A model generated the notes under the pieces. The model was not told the DNA's origin. It did not search any database and saw only the letters and a program-made list of their open reading frames with translations. A stretch of DNA of 64,000 nucleotides from Eledone cirrhosa (Eukaryota): contig OZ024743.1 in the NCBI GenBank assembly GCA_964016885.1, positions 61,566,001-61,630,000 on the forward strand. Direction: 5' to 3'. Of this stretch, positions 13,566 through 28,699 are shown one piece after another. Position 1 is the first letter of the stretch; the number at the start of each line of letters is the position of its first letter. A program made the position numbers and the translations under genes.

Positions 13566-14914
13566 GATGATGATAATGATGGCACAACATTTTTAGTCTG
13601 TGAATCTTTCTATTTTCTCTGCTACAATGTTCCCAATTTGAATGTTGGCAACATTTTCACTTTAAAAATACTCTCCATACTCAGTCTGATACGATCTATC
13701 TACGTCTTATATTTGGCTTCAGACTTAAAGCTTTATTTCTTACTGCGCACAAAATAAATTTCACTCGACTTACTTACGAATTACTTCTGCATCAAAACTC
13801 TGAATAAATTTCTGTTTGTTTCCCTTTGATATTCTATATTGTTTCTTTACCTGTTTCTGTCTTTCTTCTGCTATTTTTCTTACATTTTACCAGTAATAGA
13901 AACTGGTGGAAAGATCATTACGATAAATGCAATACAAATAGAAACCAATTTGTGCGGTAAGTTGCACTGTTACAATATAAATACTTTCTTTTTTTACGTT
14001 TACGCTCAAAAGTAATGTGATTGTTGATGTTGTCTTCCTGGCTTTTTTTTCTCGTTTATATTTATATTTGTTCTGTCTTTGTAAAAAAATATAGGGTATG
14101 AATTACATCCGTAACGAATAATTGGGTAAAACTTTAAACGCAGAATCTCGCATGGATAAGACACCCAATAGGGCAGTTTTCGGGCAACTATTTCAAAAGA
14201 GCATATATTGTTGTTGTAACTGTGTCAGACACTCAGAGGAGACAACACCCCAGGGGACCAGTAGCTGCAACGTAATTGTAAATCAATCTCTGCTATTCCA
14301 ATTCTCAGCAGAATGGCTTGCTTTTCGGGAGTGATCTAGAATGTATGTCTGTGTACCACAGTTTGCCGTGTATGAAAGCTGTACACTATTGTGGGTGTTA
14401 TATGAACTGTGTAGACGATTAGATATTGATCAGCACTACCTTGATTCTACAAAGAATGCCTCTCTTGATGTAGCTTTAAAATGCTATATAGCGACTAAAG
14501 AAAAAACAATGAAAATAAAGTAACCAGTCAGTTACAATAATTTACAGATGCAATGGAAGGTACAAAAAGAATATTGTTTGAAACCTTAATTTGAATGGTA
14601 AACAACAGCACGAACAACCACAAAACCAACAACAAGAAAACCTCCATTTGAGAGATATCAGGAGAACTTCTATTTCGGCTAAGGCCTACATTTTTCACGT
14701 ACAAATACAAAGCACTTGATTTACAGATAATTAATGCAGTAGAAGTTGTGAGATACCCTATCTAGTCGATGGCTTCTGATTTGCTTTGTTATTCTTTTCC
14801 TATGACACGCACCGTATTTTATGTATGTCCATTTAGGACCAATAAAGAAACCATTCTTTTTTTTTCCAATCATCATCTGATGCTCGTACAAAAATACAAT
14901 CTATTTAATCTGTC

Positions 14915-15450
14915 CTTCAGAATCGTTGAAGCGACGGATGAAATGTGTTACAGTATTTCATTAAACCCTTCCAAATTCTGGTTTCAAGTTCCACCGAGGC
15001 TCGCTTTGCCTTTCAACCCCGGGGGGTCGACAAAATAAAGCACCAATAACGCACTTGAGTCGATTTAATCGTCTTTCTCCTCCACTCAAAAACTGTTGTC
15101 CTTGTGCCAAAAGTAGACACAATTATTATTATTATTATTGAAGGCGACGAGTCGTTAGGGTGTAGGGTAGAATACTTGGCAGTATTCATTCCGACTTCTT
15201 ACGTTCTCAGTTCAAATTCCACCTGTTATACTTTACGGTCGATAAAATCAAGTACGGTGGTCATTTTACTCCACTAATCACTTAAAATTAGGAGCATTGT
15301 GCTTTAATTAGAAATCATCAAGATATTAAAGCTTAAGACAAAATGCTTTGCAGAATTTAGTTACGACTTCCTAGGTTCTCATTTCAAATTCTGACCAAAT
15401 CCACTTTGCTTCTCATTCTTTGAAGGTCGATAACATAAAGTACCAGCTAA
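14915..15450 (+). mobile_element. Cluster of three decayed tRNA-derived SINE copies
   Basis: Repeated ttcaaattcc B-box and ggtcgataaa..aagtacc segments. Confidence 0.65.
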
Positions 15451-15471
15451 GTAGTAGTGGCAGCGCTACAT

Positions 15472-15522
<51 letters not shown>

Positions 15523-15762
15523 ACAGCAACAGTTCTGAATTACTTTCTCTGCCATGAATTCTATTAAAATACGCCTGAATACATTTCCATCTTCCACCCA
15601 CGCCCTCTCATCACACGACGCCACACCCTCATCACGCCACCCAACCCAAACCCATCATCACCCAACTGCATACCCCTTTCTCATCTGTTATTTCAGTTCA
15701 TCCATCTCTTTCCTTCCTTCCTGGTTCCTGATAATCTAGGCCAAACTGATGGAATCTGGTAG

Positions 15763-15847
<85 letters not shown>

Positions 15848-16370
15848 AGCTGGTAATTATTTCTAAAAAGAGCATCAAATTCGTAGAGTCGTTAGATAAG
15901 ATGACTTACGCTAACTATTTGTTCAGGCTCACTGGTATTTGAGTTCAGATTTTGCCTTGGTTAACCTCGCATTTCATCCCTTTTGCTGTGGGGGTGTCGG
16001 GGTGGCGGTCAATAAATCAAATGCAATTTCAATACCAGGTCCAAGGGTCAATTCTTCTCTACCTGTCATATGTGTTTGTGTGCATGTGTGTACTAGCGAC
16101 CACCCGGTCCGTACTGTTCTCAAATCTATTCATAGGGCACCTATTTGCATCTATCGTAATGCCCATTTTTCTTAAAATTAAATAGTTTAAAAGGTAATTA
16201 AATATTGCAGAAACAACCCTCTTCTAAATAGAGATCGCCAACCTGCAGGTTTTGACCTTGGGACTTGATAATGGTCATTGTGAAATTGACGCTCACTGGG
16301 AATTACTATCATTTAAAACAGAAGGGGACATCTCTTGGCATTAGCGGTATTCGAGGTATAAATACGATGT

Positions 16371-17842
16371 CGAACCTCAGAGAAACGCCGATGCGCAGGC
16401 TATGGTTGTCTAGCTGTGTGCCAGAGGAGAAGCAGGGAAGGGCAAGGAGCTAGGCACCACTGTGGGGTTTGGAGGCCACACGAAACCAAGCAAGGCGGTG
16501 CTGGTCGAGCTGGTGCGTGAGCCTGTCTGAGGCCAGGCTGCACTGGATGGCATCCCAAGTGCGTTGGGGGGACTTGCCGTCAACAGGGGGAGCAGGAGGA
16601 GGGCCGTCTACTGGGCTAAGTCCCAACCGGTCCCACGTCTCAAGGGTGGCCTTACGTTCTCTGAACACAGAGTGTTCTGTTGTGTTTTGAAGAACCCTGC
16701 TGACGAGGACGCGGCTCGAGGTTACCGACGAAAGATACGCCGGCAAAGCTAGTGAGATCGAGGACTGGAGGCCAAGGCCGCCATACCTGACAGGTAAAGT
16801 GGCCTGTTGCCACCCTATGTCTTCAAACTTGACGTTGCATATCTCCTCGGCTGCTGCTCGGATATAAGTATCGAGGTCAGCGAGGAGAGATGTCTGAGTG
16901 TAGCACGGAGCGCTGCGGAGTGTATGGAGGAGCTTCGGCATGGCTAAGCAGTTCCTCAGCAGAAATAGAGCTGGGTGGCCGACAATCAAGCCCAGTCGGC
17001 TCGTGAGAGTCTGTAGCTGTTGAAGCCTGGACCTGATGGTGGAGCGGATGGCCGGCGGGTGGATCGGTGTCCCGAGGATGAAGACATCCTCTTAGGGGGT
17101 CACGTGAAGCTGGCGGAGAATGGACTGCACGTCCAAAATGGAGGCTGCAAAGCTCGCAGCATCGAGGCTGACATTCACCACTTCCGACTTGGCCGAGTTG
17201 ACCTGGAAGCCGATTCCCGCCAGAGCAGGAACCACCGATTTGAAGGTCATGGCAGGCCGTCCGTACGATCCCGCCCAACGTAGCATCATCCAGATAACAA
17301 ACGTTGAGAGGGGCCGTGATACGCCGAGCGATGTGGTCAATACCAAGGGTGAACAGGAGGGGTCCCAAAGGCTCCCCGTGTTGGACCCCAGTAGCTGAGG
17401 GTATGACCGTATCAGCAGCAAGGAGCATGCTCAGGGCTCCATATGACAGGTAGGCCAGCGTGTAGGCAGAGGGGCTCGGTTGAGGCAGGCCTCGAGCAGA
17501 TGATCCTGGCGTAAAGAGTTGCAGGTATTCCTCGTGTCAAGCTTGACAATGAGGTGCCTGGAGTCCCTGGATGCCGGTTCTGATGGGCAGCTGTTGAAGA
17601 ACTACCTGGTTGCATGAGCGGCCCCCTCACAGCCACCGGACACGCCGACACCCAGTTGCACCGGACTAAACTCCTCACCCAGTTCCTGTGTTACGGACTT
17701 GCAGATCACCTTGGCAGCCACCCTCCGGAAGACATTGCCCACAGCAATGGAGCGTAAACCACCCTCTTTCTTCCTGAGAGCGGTGAGGCTGGCCGAAAAA
17801 AAGAGGCCTCGGACGTAAGGGTCCAGGGCGCCATGGATGGGT
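16371..17842 (-). mobile_element. CRE-clade non-LTR retrotransposon RT region (frameshifted)
   Basis: ALRKKEGGLRSIAVGNVFRRVAAK, QLGVGVSGGCE, GVQHGEPLGPLLF, YLDD, LLRNCLAMPKLLHTLRS, QATLPVRYGGLGL. GC-rich island. Confidence 0.88.
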
Positions 17843-18660
17843 CTCCAAACCCCACAGTGGTGCCTGGCTCTATACCCTGCCCTCCTTCTCCACTGGCACG
17901 CAGCTAGACAACCATTGCCTGCGCATCGGCGTTTCCCTGAGGCTCGGCCTCCGGATCTGCCAGCCACACCAATGTCGCTGCGGTTCCACCGTGTACTCTT
18001 TCGGCCTCCACCCGCTTTCCTGTCACCACAGTGCCAGCCGCATTACACGCCATGCTGCCCTCAACGAGGTCATTACGCATGGCTTGCACGCTATAGGCTT
18101 CCCTTCCCAGCTCGAACCGGTGGAGCTGGATCGAGGGGACGGCAAAAGGCCAGATGGCATGACCATCTTCCCGTTCCGCGGTGGCAAACCCCTCGTCTGG
18201 GATGCCACTTACACCGACACTTTCTGCAGCCGCAACCTGGTGCAGTCTGCGACTGACCCAGGTTCTGCTGCACGTCAAGCTGAGGGGGCCAAACTCCTCA
18301 AATACCGGTCGCTCTCCGACAGCTTTGCGGTCGTACCCCTGGCAGTGGACACGTCTGGTGTCCTCGGCCCCAGGGCTACCTCCTTACTCACCCCCATAGG
18401 CGCTGAGCTGGCCAGCCGCAGGTGTGAGTCCCGCGAATTGGAGTGACTCTTCCAGCGCGTCTCCCTCGCCGTCCTCCGGGGAAATGCCTTCTCTATTCTG
18501 TCCGCCGGGGCTGTGGGTGGGCCCCATCGCGTACCATTGTAGTTGTTGTAGAAGAAACAGGAAGACAATAACTATAGATTATTAGATGCTGTATTATAGA
18601 TCTATATTGGAGAATTTAATAATAAATATTTGAGAATTCAATCTATATTTAAGAATTTAA
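17843..18660 (+). mobile_element. CRE-clade element C-terminal region: CCHC zinc knuckle + restriction-like endonuclease and 3' UTR
   Basis: SGAWL..LRLG..CRCG..HPLSC..RHAALN..EP..DGKRPDG..LVWDAT..KLLKY..PLAVDTSG..QRVSLAVLRGNA. Confidence 0.88.
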
Positions 18661-18669
18661 AAGAATACA

Positions 18670-19010
18670 ATGTCTCCGTTACCACATCCAGTGAGGATTT
18701 TGGCTTCGATAATGTGAGGCTGTAGTTCAGTCACAACCATACATGTCCCATTGCACAATCATGGCTGATCCAGTTTTCTGTGGAACATGATGACTGTGCC
18801 CTTCGTTAATTCAAGCTTGTGCGGCATCATACCGGATTGTTTCAGACTGTTGAGAAAATCAACGGGGTAATGAATAATTTCATCCTCGCTGACAACTTTG
18901 TCGATACATTTATAGCTGTGCCTACCTTTATCGATCATTTGTGAGAGATTTTTTTTATGGCATTCACTGTGATGTTTTTGGAGGGGCAAAGATTGCTTTT
19001 TTACACAACT
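18670..19010 (-). mobile_element. Helitron PIF1-like helicase fragment
   Basis: YPVDFLNSLKQSGMMPHKLELTKGTVIM..LCNGT. Confidence 0.8.
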
Positions 19011-19129
19011 ACTCCTCTTTGGAATGGTGGATTTCGAAATTGGGTAACATTTGAATAATTAAGTTTACAACGTTTTCCACAACAGTACAAAATGAGGAAG
19101 GATTAAAACATATTTCAGTATCAAGGGAT

Positions 19130-19880
19130 TGCTTTTCTATAAACTTAAACGACTGAGAGGTGCTTATATGTAACTCCTAGGGTCCCCCTCCTTGCCGCCT
19201 GTGTTATTACTACTAAATAAATCTCCGAGGCTGGGAAAACAGACACCCCTCCCAATTCCATTTTTGGAAAAGGTGACTGTAAGCCTGGCGGATGTTAGAT
19301 TAGTTAAAACCACACGAAAAAATTAGGAAAAAAAATTCTTTGCGATCCCCAGCGGTGGCGTTTCTATAAATTTAAACGGCTGAGGGACTCCTCACTCCCA
19401 GCCTCCATTTCCGAAACGAGGAGTCTTTGGTGAGTGAGTCGGATGTTAGATAAGTCAAAACCAAACGAAAAAGAACTAGAAAAGAAAAAATCCCACTGAA
19501 GATTTCTCCGAGGCTGGGAAAATCCAAGGGTCAAGCCCTCGCACCCTCTCTACTGCTGTTATATCGGGCGTGTTGCAAGTTGGATACCTCGTAGGACATA
19601 TTTCATTTTTGTAGCGCAAACATAGCAGTATCGGAACCATGGTAGATATATTTGTACACATAATTTATAGGCTCATCCCCTCGCCCCTATTACGTTTTCA
19701 GGAAATGAAGTGATTACGAGTATGACGGAGATCAGATTAGTTAAATACACATGAAAAAAAAACGAGAATAAAAATTTTCGCGACCTACATCAGGTGCTTT
19801 TCTATAAACTTAAAAGGCTGAGAGATGCTTATTTGTAACTCAAAGGATCCATCTCTCTCCCCGCCTCCGTTTTCGAAAGA
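19130..19880. repeat. Imperfect dispersed/tandem subrepeats, probably Helitron-internal
   Basis: ttctataaacttaaacgactgagagg recurs near 19135, 19362 and 19800. ggatgttagattagttaaaac recurs near 19290, 19441 and 19727. Confidence 0.55.
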
Positions 19881-20017
19881 AATCTCTTTAGAAAAATCGG
19901 GTTTGCATGGGCGATAGCTAGTCTTCCACATACAACCTTGCCCGGACTTGTGCCTCGGAGGAGAACTTTCTGGGTGTAAATCCCATGGTCATTCGTGACC
20001 GAAGGGGGTATTTACCA

Positions 20018-20640
20018 TATCTATAATATAAATGACAATGTATATGTGTATATGTGTAAATCTCTCAAAGGCTCCGAAATGGTGCATCCTAGAGAAAAAC
20101 GGCTTACATTTCGCAAGTCAGATGTGGCTTAATGAAAGGGCTATGTTGGCTCTGAAAAATGTGACTGTAAAATTTGTAAATCTAGAGTTGTTTTAAAATG
20201 AATTCGAAGCTCTATCGATCTGTCAACACTGTGGTGGAACAGTCGGAAGCTGTTAATTTCCCGACAAAGTTTCTCAATTCTTTAAAATCATCAGGAATGT
20301 CTCCACACATCCTTCACTTGTTATTGAGGAATTTGGACCCACCAAGGCTATGCAACAGCACTAGATTAGCTCTGAAAAATATCCATCCACATGTGATTTA
20401 AGTCACCATTTCAACAGGATAGGGTAGAGGAGAGGATGGGTTCGTTACAAGAATTCTTCTCATCCCCACTGATGTTCCATTTCAATTCAAACGACTTCAA
20501 TTTCCAGTGGGACTTTGTTTTGCCATGACCATCAGCAAATCACACGGACAAACATTTTCGGTTGCCGGTCTACACCTTGCAGAGCCCTGCTTCACCCATG
20601 GTCAGCTTTACGTTGGATGTTCAAGAGTAGGAATTCAAAT
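20018..20640 (+). mobile_element. Helitron with PIF1 helicase C-terminal remnant
   Basis: TCTATA start. FPTKFLNSL..LLRNLDPPRLCNSTRL, FKRLQFPV..FAMTISKSHGQT..PCFTHGQLYVGCSRV. Confidence 0.85.
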
Positions 20641-20799
20641 GGAAAACAATTGTTTATTGACCGAATTAATAAAGAAATCCGTCCTCATCAAGTAAAATAT
20701 CTTTGGGGGGAAGACATGGTCTGACATGGAATAAAACAAACATTGAAATAAACGCATACTACTGTGATTATTTCACCAATCCTTTTAAATAAAGCATTA

Positions 20800-20985
20800 A
20801 TAATTGTTTCTACTTTTGGCACAAGGCCAGCAATTACCCAGTACATTACTGGTACTTTATTTTACCGACCCCGTAAGGATGAAAGGCAAAGTTAACCTCG
20901 GCGGGATTTGAACTCAGAACGTAAAGGGACGTAACTATGCTGCAAAGCATGGCGTCCGACCCTCTACCGATACTGCCATGGCCAT
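20800..20985 (-). mobile_element. tRNA-derived SINE
   Basis: Close reverse complement of 47749-47930. Confidence 0.85.
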
Positions 20986-21089
20986 AAATAATAGTAAACT
21001 TACTAGATCCCAGGTAGATATAATCCTTGCGGCCAGGAAAACAATAATTGAATTTGAAGACTATGGACCCGCAAGAATACACCCAACAA

Positions 21090-24000
21090 CTTCGATATCA
21101 CCATGGGATCTAGTGACTCGGCACAGGTTACTGACTTAGTTGGTTTATTTCTCTTAAACGAAATACATAAGAATATACCTTACCTTAAGGGTGGTCTCTA
21201 TCGAGAGGACGCACTTTCCCTCTTAGATTTAAAAAAATTTAATATAGAAAAACTAGAAAACAATTGCATAAAATATTTAAAAACTTCAACCTAGGTATCA
21301 CTTTAGATAAAAACACCAACAATTTTAACTTCGTTGAACTCTCTACTTAGACTCTCAAAAATATACACCATATCATAAACCTAATGAAATCTTTTGTATG
21401 TTAATACCAACTCTAACCACCCTAAATCTCTATTGATCTCAATCATTAAAGGGGTATCTAATAGAATTTCTAGTTTTTCTTACAACGAGACTACGTTTAA
21501 CCGTAACTCCCAATACTATAATGAAGCCTTAGCTCGTTCGGGCGCCAGAGAGATAAAATTAAATTTAAACCTAAATCGTCATCCACCAATAGACAATCTA
21601 ATATAATTTCACACAACATGGCTATGAATAAAATTAAATATAATCATAGTATCGAAAATCCCGACTCCTATACAGAGGGTATCAAAAATGTTAACTCACA
21701 CCACAACAATAATCCTAGGAAAACCCACAGAAAGAAAAATATAAATAATAAGGTACCTAACACCACACAAAACAATAATATAAATAACAATCATAAGAAG
21801 AATAGAAGAAGTAACACATTTTTTTAATCCTCCGTTCAACTTAAATGTCTCAACAAACATACCTAAAACTTTCTTCTCTATTTTAGACAAAAACATCCCA
21901 ATTAACCATAAATACCACAACCTATTTAACAAAAATACCATTAAAATCTCCTACTCCACCACACCTAACATCGCAGACCATATAGCCAGCGCCAACAAGA
22001 GAAGATTAAAAAGTAATTCACATTACACCAAGGTAATAATATCCAGCATAGAAATAACCTTAACAATAACACAGTACAGGACTATACTGCAAGTAATACT
22101 AATAATAACAATAATAATGATACTCACCATAATCCTTATACTAGAAGTAGAAACAGAAACCACCACTCAAATTCATACCTCCTTAACCAGTATACTAGTT
22201 GCCAAAACAATTGTGATTGTAGACCTAACAGGACATGCCCATTAAGTATGAACTGCCTTATTAAAGACATTTTCTACTCCTGTACTGTAATGCTAATCAT
22301 ATCTCGAAAGTATATATAGGTTCAACATCGAATAGCTTTAAGATCAGATATAATTCGCACCTTCATTCGTTCAGAAACCCTAGACTTAGCAATGTAACCT
22401 CACTATCCACATACATATACTCATTAAAATTAAGTAATATACCATACACCTTAAAATGGGAAGTGATAGCTAAGGCCCCTTCATATAGACCACCTAATAA
22501 ACTTTGAAACCATTGCATCCTCGAGTCTAGAACTATTATTCATTCCAATCTTTTAGCTTGATAAATAGGAAATCAGAGAACTTCTCCACATGTCCACATT
22601 ACGATAGATTATAATAATAATAATAATAAAAATAAAAACCAATATCGGAGATAATACTAGACCACAATCTTTAAATTGATCAATTAGAACTACACCTTAA
22701 AAAAACCACACCAACCTATATCCTGTCCGATATTTTTCCTTAGTTAATAAACACCTTCTTTGATCTCTCACCTAATACAATTCTACTAACCAAAATAAAT
22801 AAATAATTTAGACCCTAACATATATAACACTAACTAAATAGCAGACAACTGTGTATAACACCAATTACTCCAGTATATATTATACAATTCCCTATCTTGT
22901 CATAAAAAACTTCAACTCTCTCTGCACAATCTGAATATATATATATACATACAATCTCACACATACATGAATATATACATATATATATATTATATATACA
23001 TATATAAACTATATAAAACCCTATCTAGTTATAAAAAAAAATGTTTTGACTCTCTCCACACAAGTTGAAAAGATAAGAATAACAAATAATTTTTTTATAT
23101 ATAATTAATAACCAATAAAAATATTTTATATTTTATAAATATTAATTTATAACACTACTACAATAATAAAACAACCCTGAATTTATCAACAACCTTAATT
23201 ACCTCCCTTTGTAATTAACCCCCTTCACAACTTCCTGTGTAAATTCATAAAATTAAGCAACCTAACGGTTTACCAGCAAATTAATAACGATTAATGCAAA
23301 CCCTAATAATCCTTAATAGATAATTTGAAGATAGGAATGCATAGTATTATATACTTACTATAACAACATATCCTGTAATTCGGTGGAATTTATCTTTACC
23401 AAACACATACCTATTAATTATACACAACACAAAAAAATTACATCTCAAACTAAGAGAATTCCATTGTTATACATCTGAGTTACAACCAACATATAGATCT
23501 ATATACGAACTCCTATATAAAAACACTTGAGTGAAAATTACCTACCCAAGTCAATCACGTGCTTTGCATTACACCTCACATAACATATATCTATTTCATC
23601 ACCACATTTCTCACTACCATATAGCACGCCATTTTAAACATTTCTAACATTTATAACATGCTTTAATATTCTACACGAAATATGCTTATCTCAGCTGTAA
23701 TATAACTCTTTCCTCACACATGCCTTATTGATTGTATTGACTCCTGCAGTATATACCCTTAACATTACCTGATCTCCAATATCTTATATCTTATATCTTA
23801 TATCTTATGTCTATCCTATGTTACATTTATCCTTGCTTGTAACGTTTTTGGCCTGTACTTTTTACTTTTACCTCTTACACTTTCAACCAGTGCTCCTTGT
23901 AATTGTGTTCTCTCAAACATAACATTTTTTTAACTCCTGATTCCCTACAAGATGTCTATGACACGAACAACACTTATGTATCTACCTAAATGTTCTGAAT

Positions 24001-24092
24001 GACTATGCTCCGATGATTACAGACATCCCTCTGGAAGAAACAATTGTGAGCAAATAAATGTATTAAACTAAGATTTGATTGTTTTCACACTT

Positions 24093-24095
<3 letters not shown>
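21090..24095 (+). mobile_element. Decayed Naiad-type Penelope-like element with long 3' UTR and terminal HHR
   Basis: FDITMGSSDSAQVTDLVGLFLL, GGLYREDA, SNHP, FNPPFNLNV, IKISYSTT, CDCRPNRTCPLSMNC, YIGSTS, LKWEVI, CPH. HHR at 24006-24052. Confidence 0.88.
24006..24052 (+). ncRNA. Hammerhead motif (CCGAUGA core; UG at cleavage site, probably inactive)
   Basis: tgct-CCGATGA-ttacaga..tctggaa-GAAA-caattg-TG-agca. Confidence 0.65.
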
Positions 24096-24188
<93 letters not shown>

Positions 24189-24201
24189 TATACATATATA
24201 C

Positions 24202-25285
<1,084 letters not shown>

Positions 25286-25289
25286 TATA

Positions 25290-25329
<40 letters not shown>

Positions 25330-25341
25330 TATATATATATA

Positions 25342-25406
<65 letters not shown>

Positions 25407-25414
25407 GAATATAT

Positions 25415-26573
25415 GTAGATAAATCTACCAAGAGTTTACGGTAGTGTCCAATCCGTATGAAGAACTCAATGTATTCCGGATATCATGGAAAGAAGAGATG
25501 TAATGAAAAACCACTTTCGGTGAAAGATAAACGGTATACAGAGTTAAGATAAAATATTAAACAAATAATGAATAAACAATTCCTTATATTAAACAAAAAA
25601 AGTTCATTATTTAACGATCGTTTCTAGGATATATATGTGTTAGAATTGGTATGCATATTCAACAGATCTATGTACAAAATTATACAAAATTATACAAATT
25701 ATCAAGATTAAATATACATACCAAACACATATATACGCCGTCTTCAGAAATAATGAAGTATATTTATTGATAATAACAACAATTCAAAATTTCAGTTCAA
25801 AATTGACCAATGAAAACACAAAGGGTTAAATGCAGTTCGGTGTGTGTATATACATGTAAAACCCTTACACATATTTTACAAAAATGTATGTATAATTTGT
25901 ATACGCATACTAAAAGGATGGATGCAAATACAAAATTTCAAGGTTAATGTCTCTGTAAGCTTACAATGCGCAGATAAGATGCGCATTGATACTTATGAAA
26001 TCAAGTATATAAATATATTTTTTCATACTCACACATATCAGTACAATCACACATACACGCGCGTATATGCATAAATATACACATAACCACGAACATATAA
26101 ACACACACACACCCCCACTCACATTTATATATGTGGATATAAAATCATAAGCACATGGATATTAATTCACTCACATAAAACACTGGCACACACATTTTTA
26201 GATCAAGATACAGAAATTAGGTGGGAGGGGGGGGAGGGGTCAGTATTCAACTGTCTGAGCAGACTGCCTAATATAAATGTATCTATAAATTAAGAAAAAT
26301 AAAAAAATAAAACAATAAAATATAATAAATATAATATAATATACATACACATACAGATATATACACATACATACATGTACGCACACATAGAAATATTTAC
26401 GTATACACACATACACACATACATATACAGTCATACACACACATACACTTACACGAACATACACATACACATATATAAAGATATATATATACACACACAC
26501 ACACACGCAACACATACACACATACACATATATATAAAAAATAAATAATAAAGATATATACCTATATATATAT

Positions 26574-26614
<41 letters not shown>

Positions 26615-26693
26615 CATACACATACATCTAAATATACATACACATACATACACACATACATGTACATACATGTACATACATATACGCACATCG

Positions 26694-26734
<41 letters not shown>

Positions 26735-27010
26735 TAGACATATAGATACATACACACACAACTTACATACACACATATATATATACATGTATATTCATAC
26801 ATAGAATTAGATATATAATCATACATACATATGCACTTACTTATACTCATATATACAAATACATACGCATCCATATATGCGTATATACATAAAAAACCAC
26901 TACAACCTCACCTAACTCAGACATACAAATAAAAATAATAATAAAAAGGCATATGTATATACATACACACACGCATTAATAGAGATATATATATACACAC
27001 ATACATACAC

Positions 27011-27069
<59 letters not shown>

Positions 27070-27196
27070 TACACTCATACATATATATATATATATATAT
27101 ACACATAGATATCCACACACTCATACCACCATAAATACACATACAAACACCCACATATATATATATATACACACACATAAAAAACAGACATGCACA

Positions 27197-27247
<51 letters not shown>

Positions 27248-27330
27248 TTATATATACACATATTATATACACATACACAACCTCACTTATACACACATAC
27301 ACATAAGTTATATTATAATAATAAAGAATA

Positions 27331-27373
<43 letters not shown>

Positions 27374-27463
27374 CATACATACATACATATACATACATAC
27401 ATATAAACATATACATACATAAATACACACATACGAATAAAGACATATATTCACACATAGACA

Positions 27464-27532
<69 letters not shown>

Positions 27533-28654
27533 ATATACACAGACACGTATACACACTCACATATATATATGTGTGTGTGCGCACACACACATATATACAC
27601 ACACACACACAAATACACATAAACACATACATATGCATACATGCACACACACACACATATATCACATAGATACGAAGATAAACATATAAATAGAGAGACA
27701 TACATATATATACAACACACATACACACACATACATACACACGCATATACATATACATATATATATACATATATATATTCCTATATATACATGCATACAC
27801 ATATATACACATATATACACATACATACACATATACGTACACACATTCACATACACATACATATATAATGCATATATACACATATATACATACATATACA
27901 CACTCATATATACACACGCAATCTTTCATTCATATTTGCATGCGCATATATGTATTTTTATATTTAGATATAAATACCCAAACCTATATAGACACCTACC
28001 TACATATATATTCATACATAGACGCTTACAAATACAGATGATAATAGTATGGGGGAAAGGGGGGGTTTGGAGAAGGGGATCAAAGTAAATATATGTTTCA
28101 AGAAACATAGAATATTTTCCGTATCTTTTTCAATGTATGTTCTTACATATTTTCAGTGTTAGGAAATACGACAAACAAGAACTAAGGCAAAATCTATGCA
28201 TCTCAAAATAAATAAGTATACCATTAATCATATGTTAACTAAACCAAAGATAGTCAACATATTGATTTCTAAGGTGTAAATTAGTTAGGTTTATAATATT
28301 TGAAGCAGAATTTTGAAGTCAAACAGTAGTAGATTATTAATTACAGTATAACTAAATTAAAGTTAATAACGTTATGGTATCAATATTAGGAAATGAATTT
28401 AGTAATAGGGAAAAAAAAAAAAAAAACACAAATAAAAATAAAATAAAGTATTACATCGGTAGTAGAATATAAATTATATGTTAACTAAATTAAAAATTAT
28501 ATATTTATTTCAATAGTATATGTTAATTAGGTATACAATACATAAAGCAGATACTGTATTTCATCAATAGCATAATATAATTATATGCAAATAGAAATCA
28601 AAATTAATACGCATACATATACATATACATACACATACATATATACATATATAT

Positions 28655-28699
<45 letters not shown>

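Noticed and set aside
14100-14760. Short ORFs in apparently unique sequence (possible host exons)
   Set aside because: No recognisable protein similarity or consistent exon structure visible by eye.
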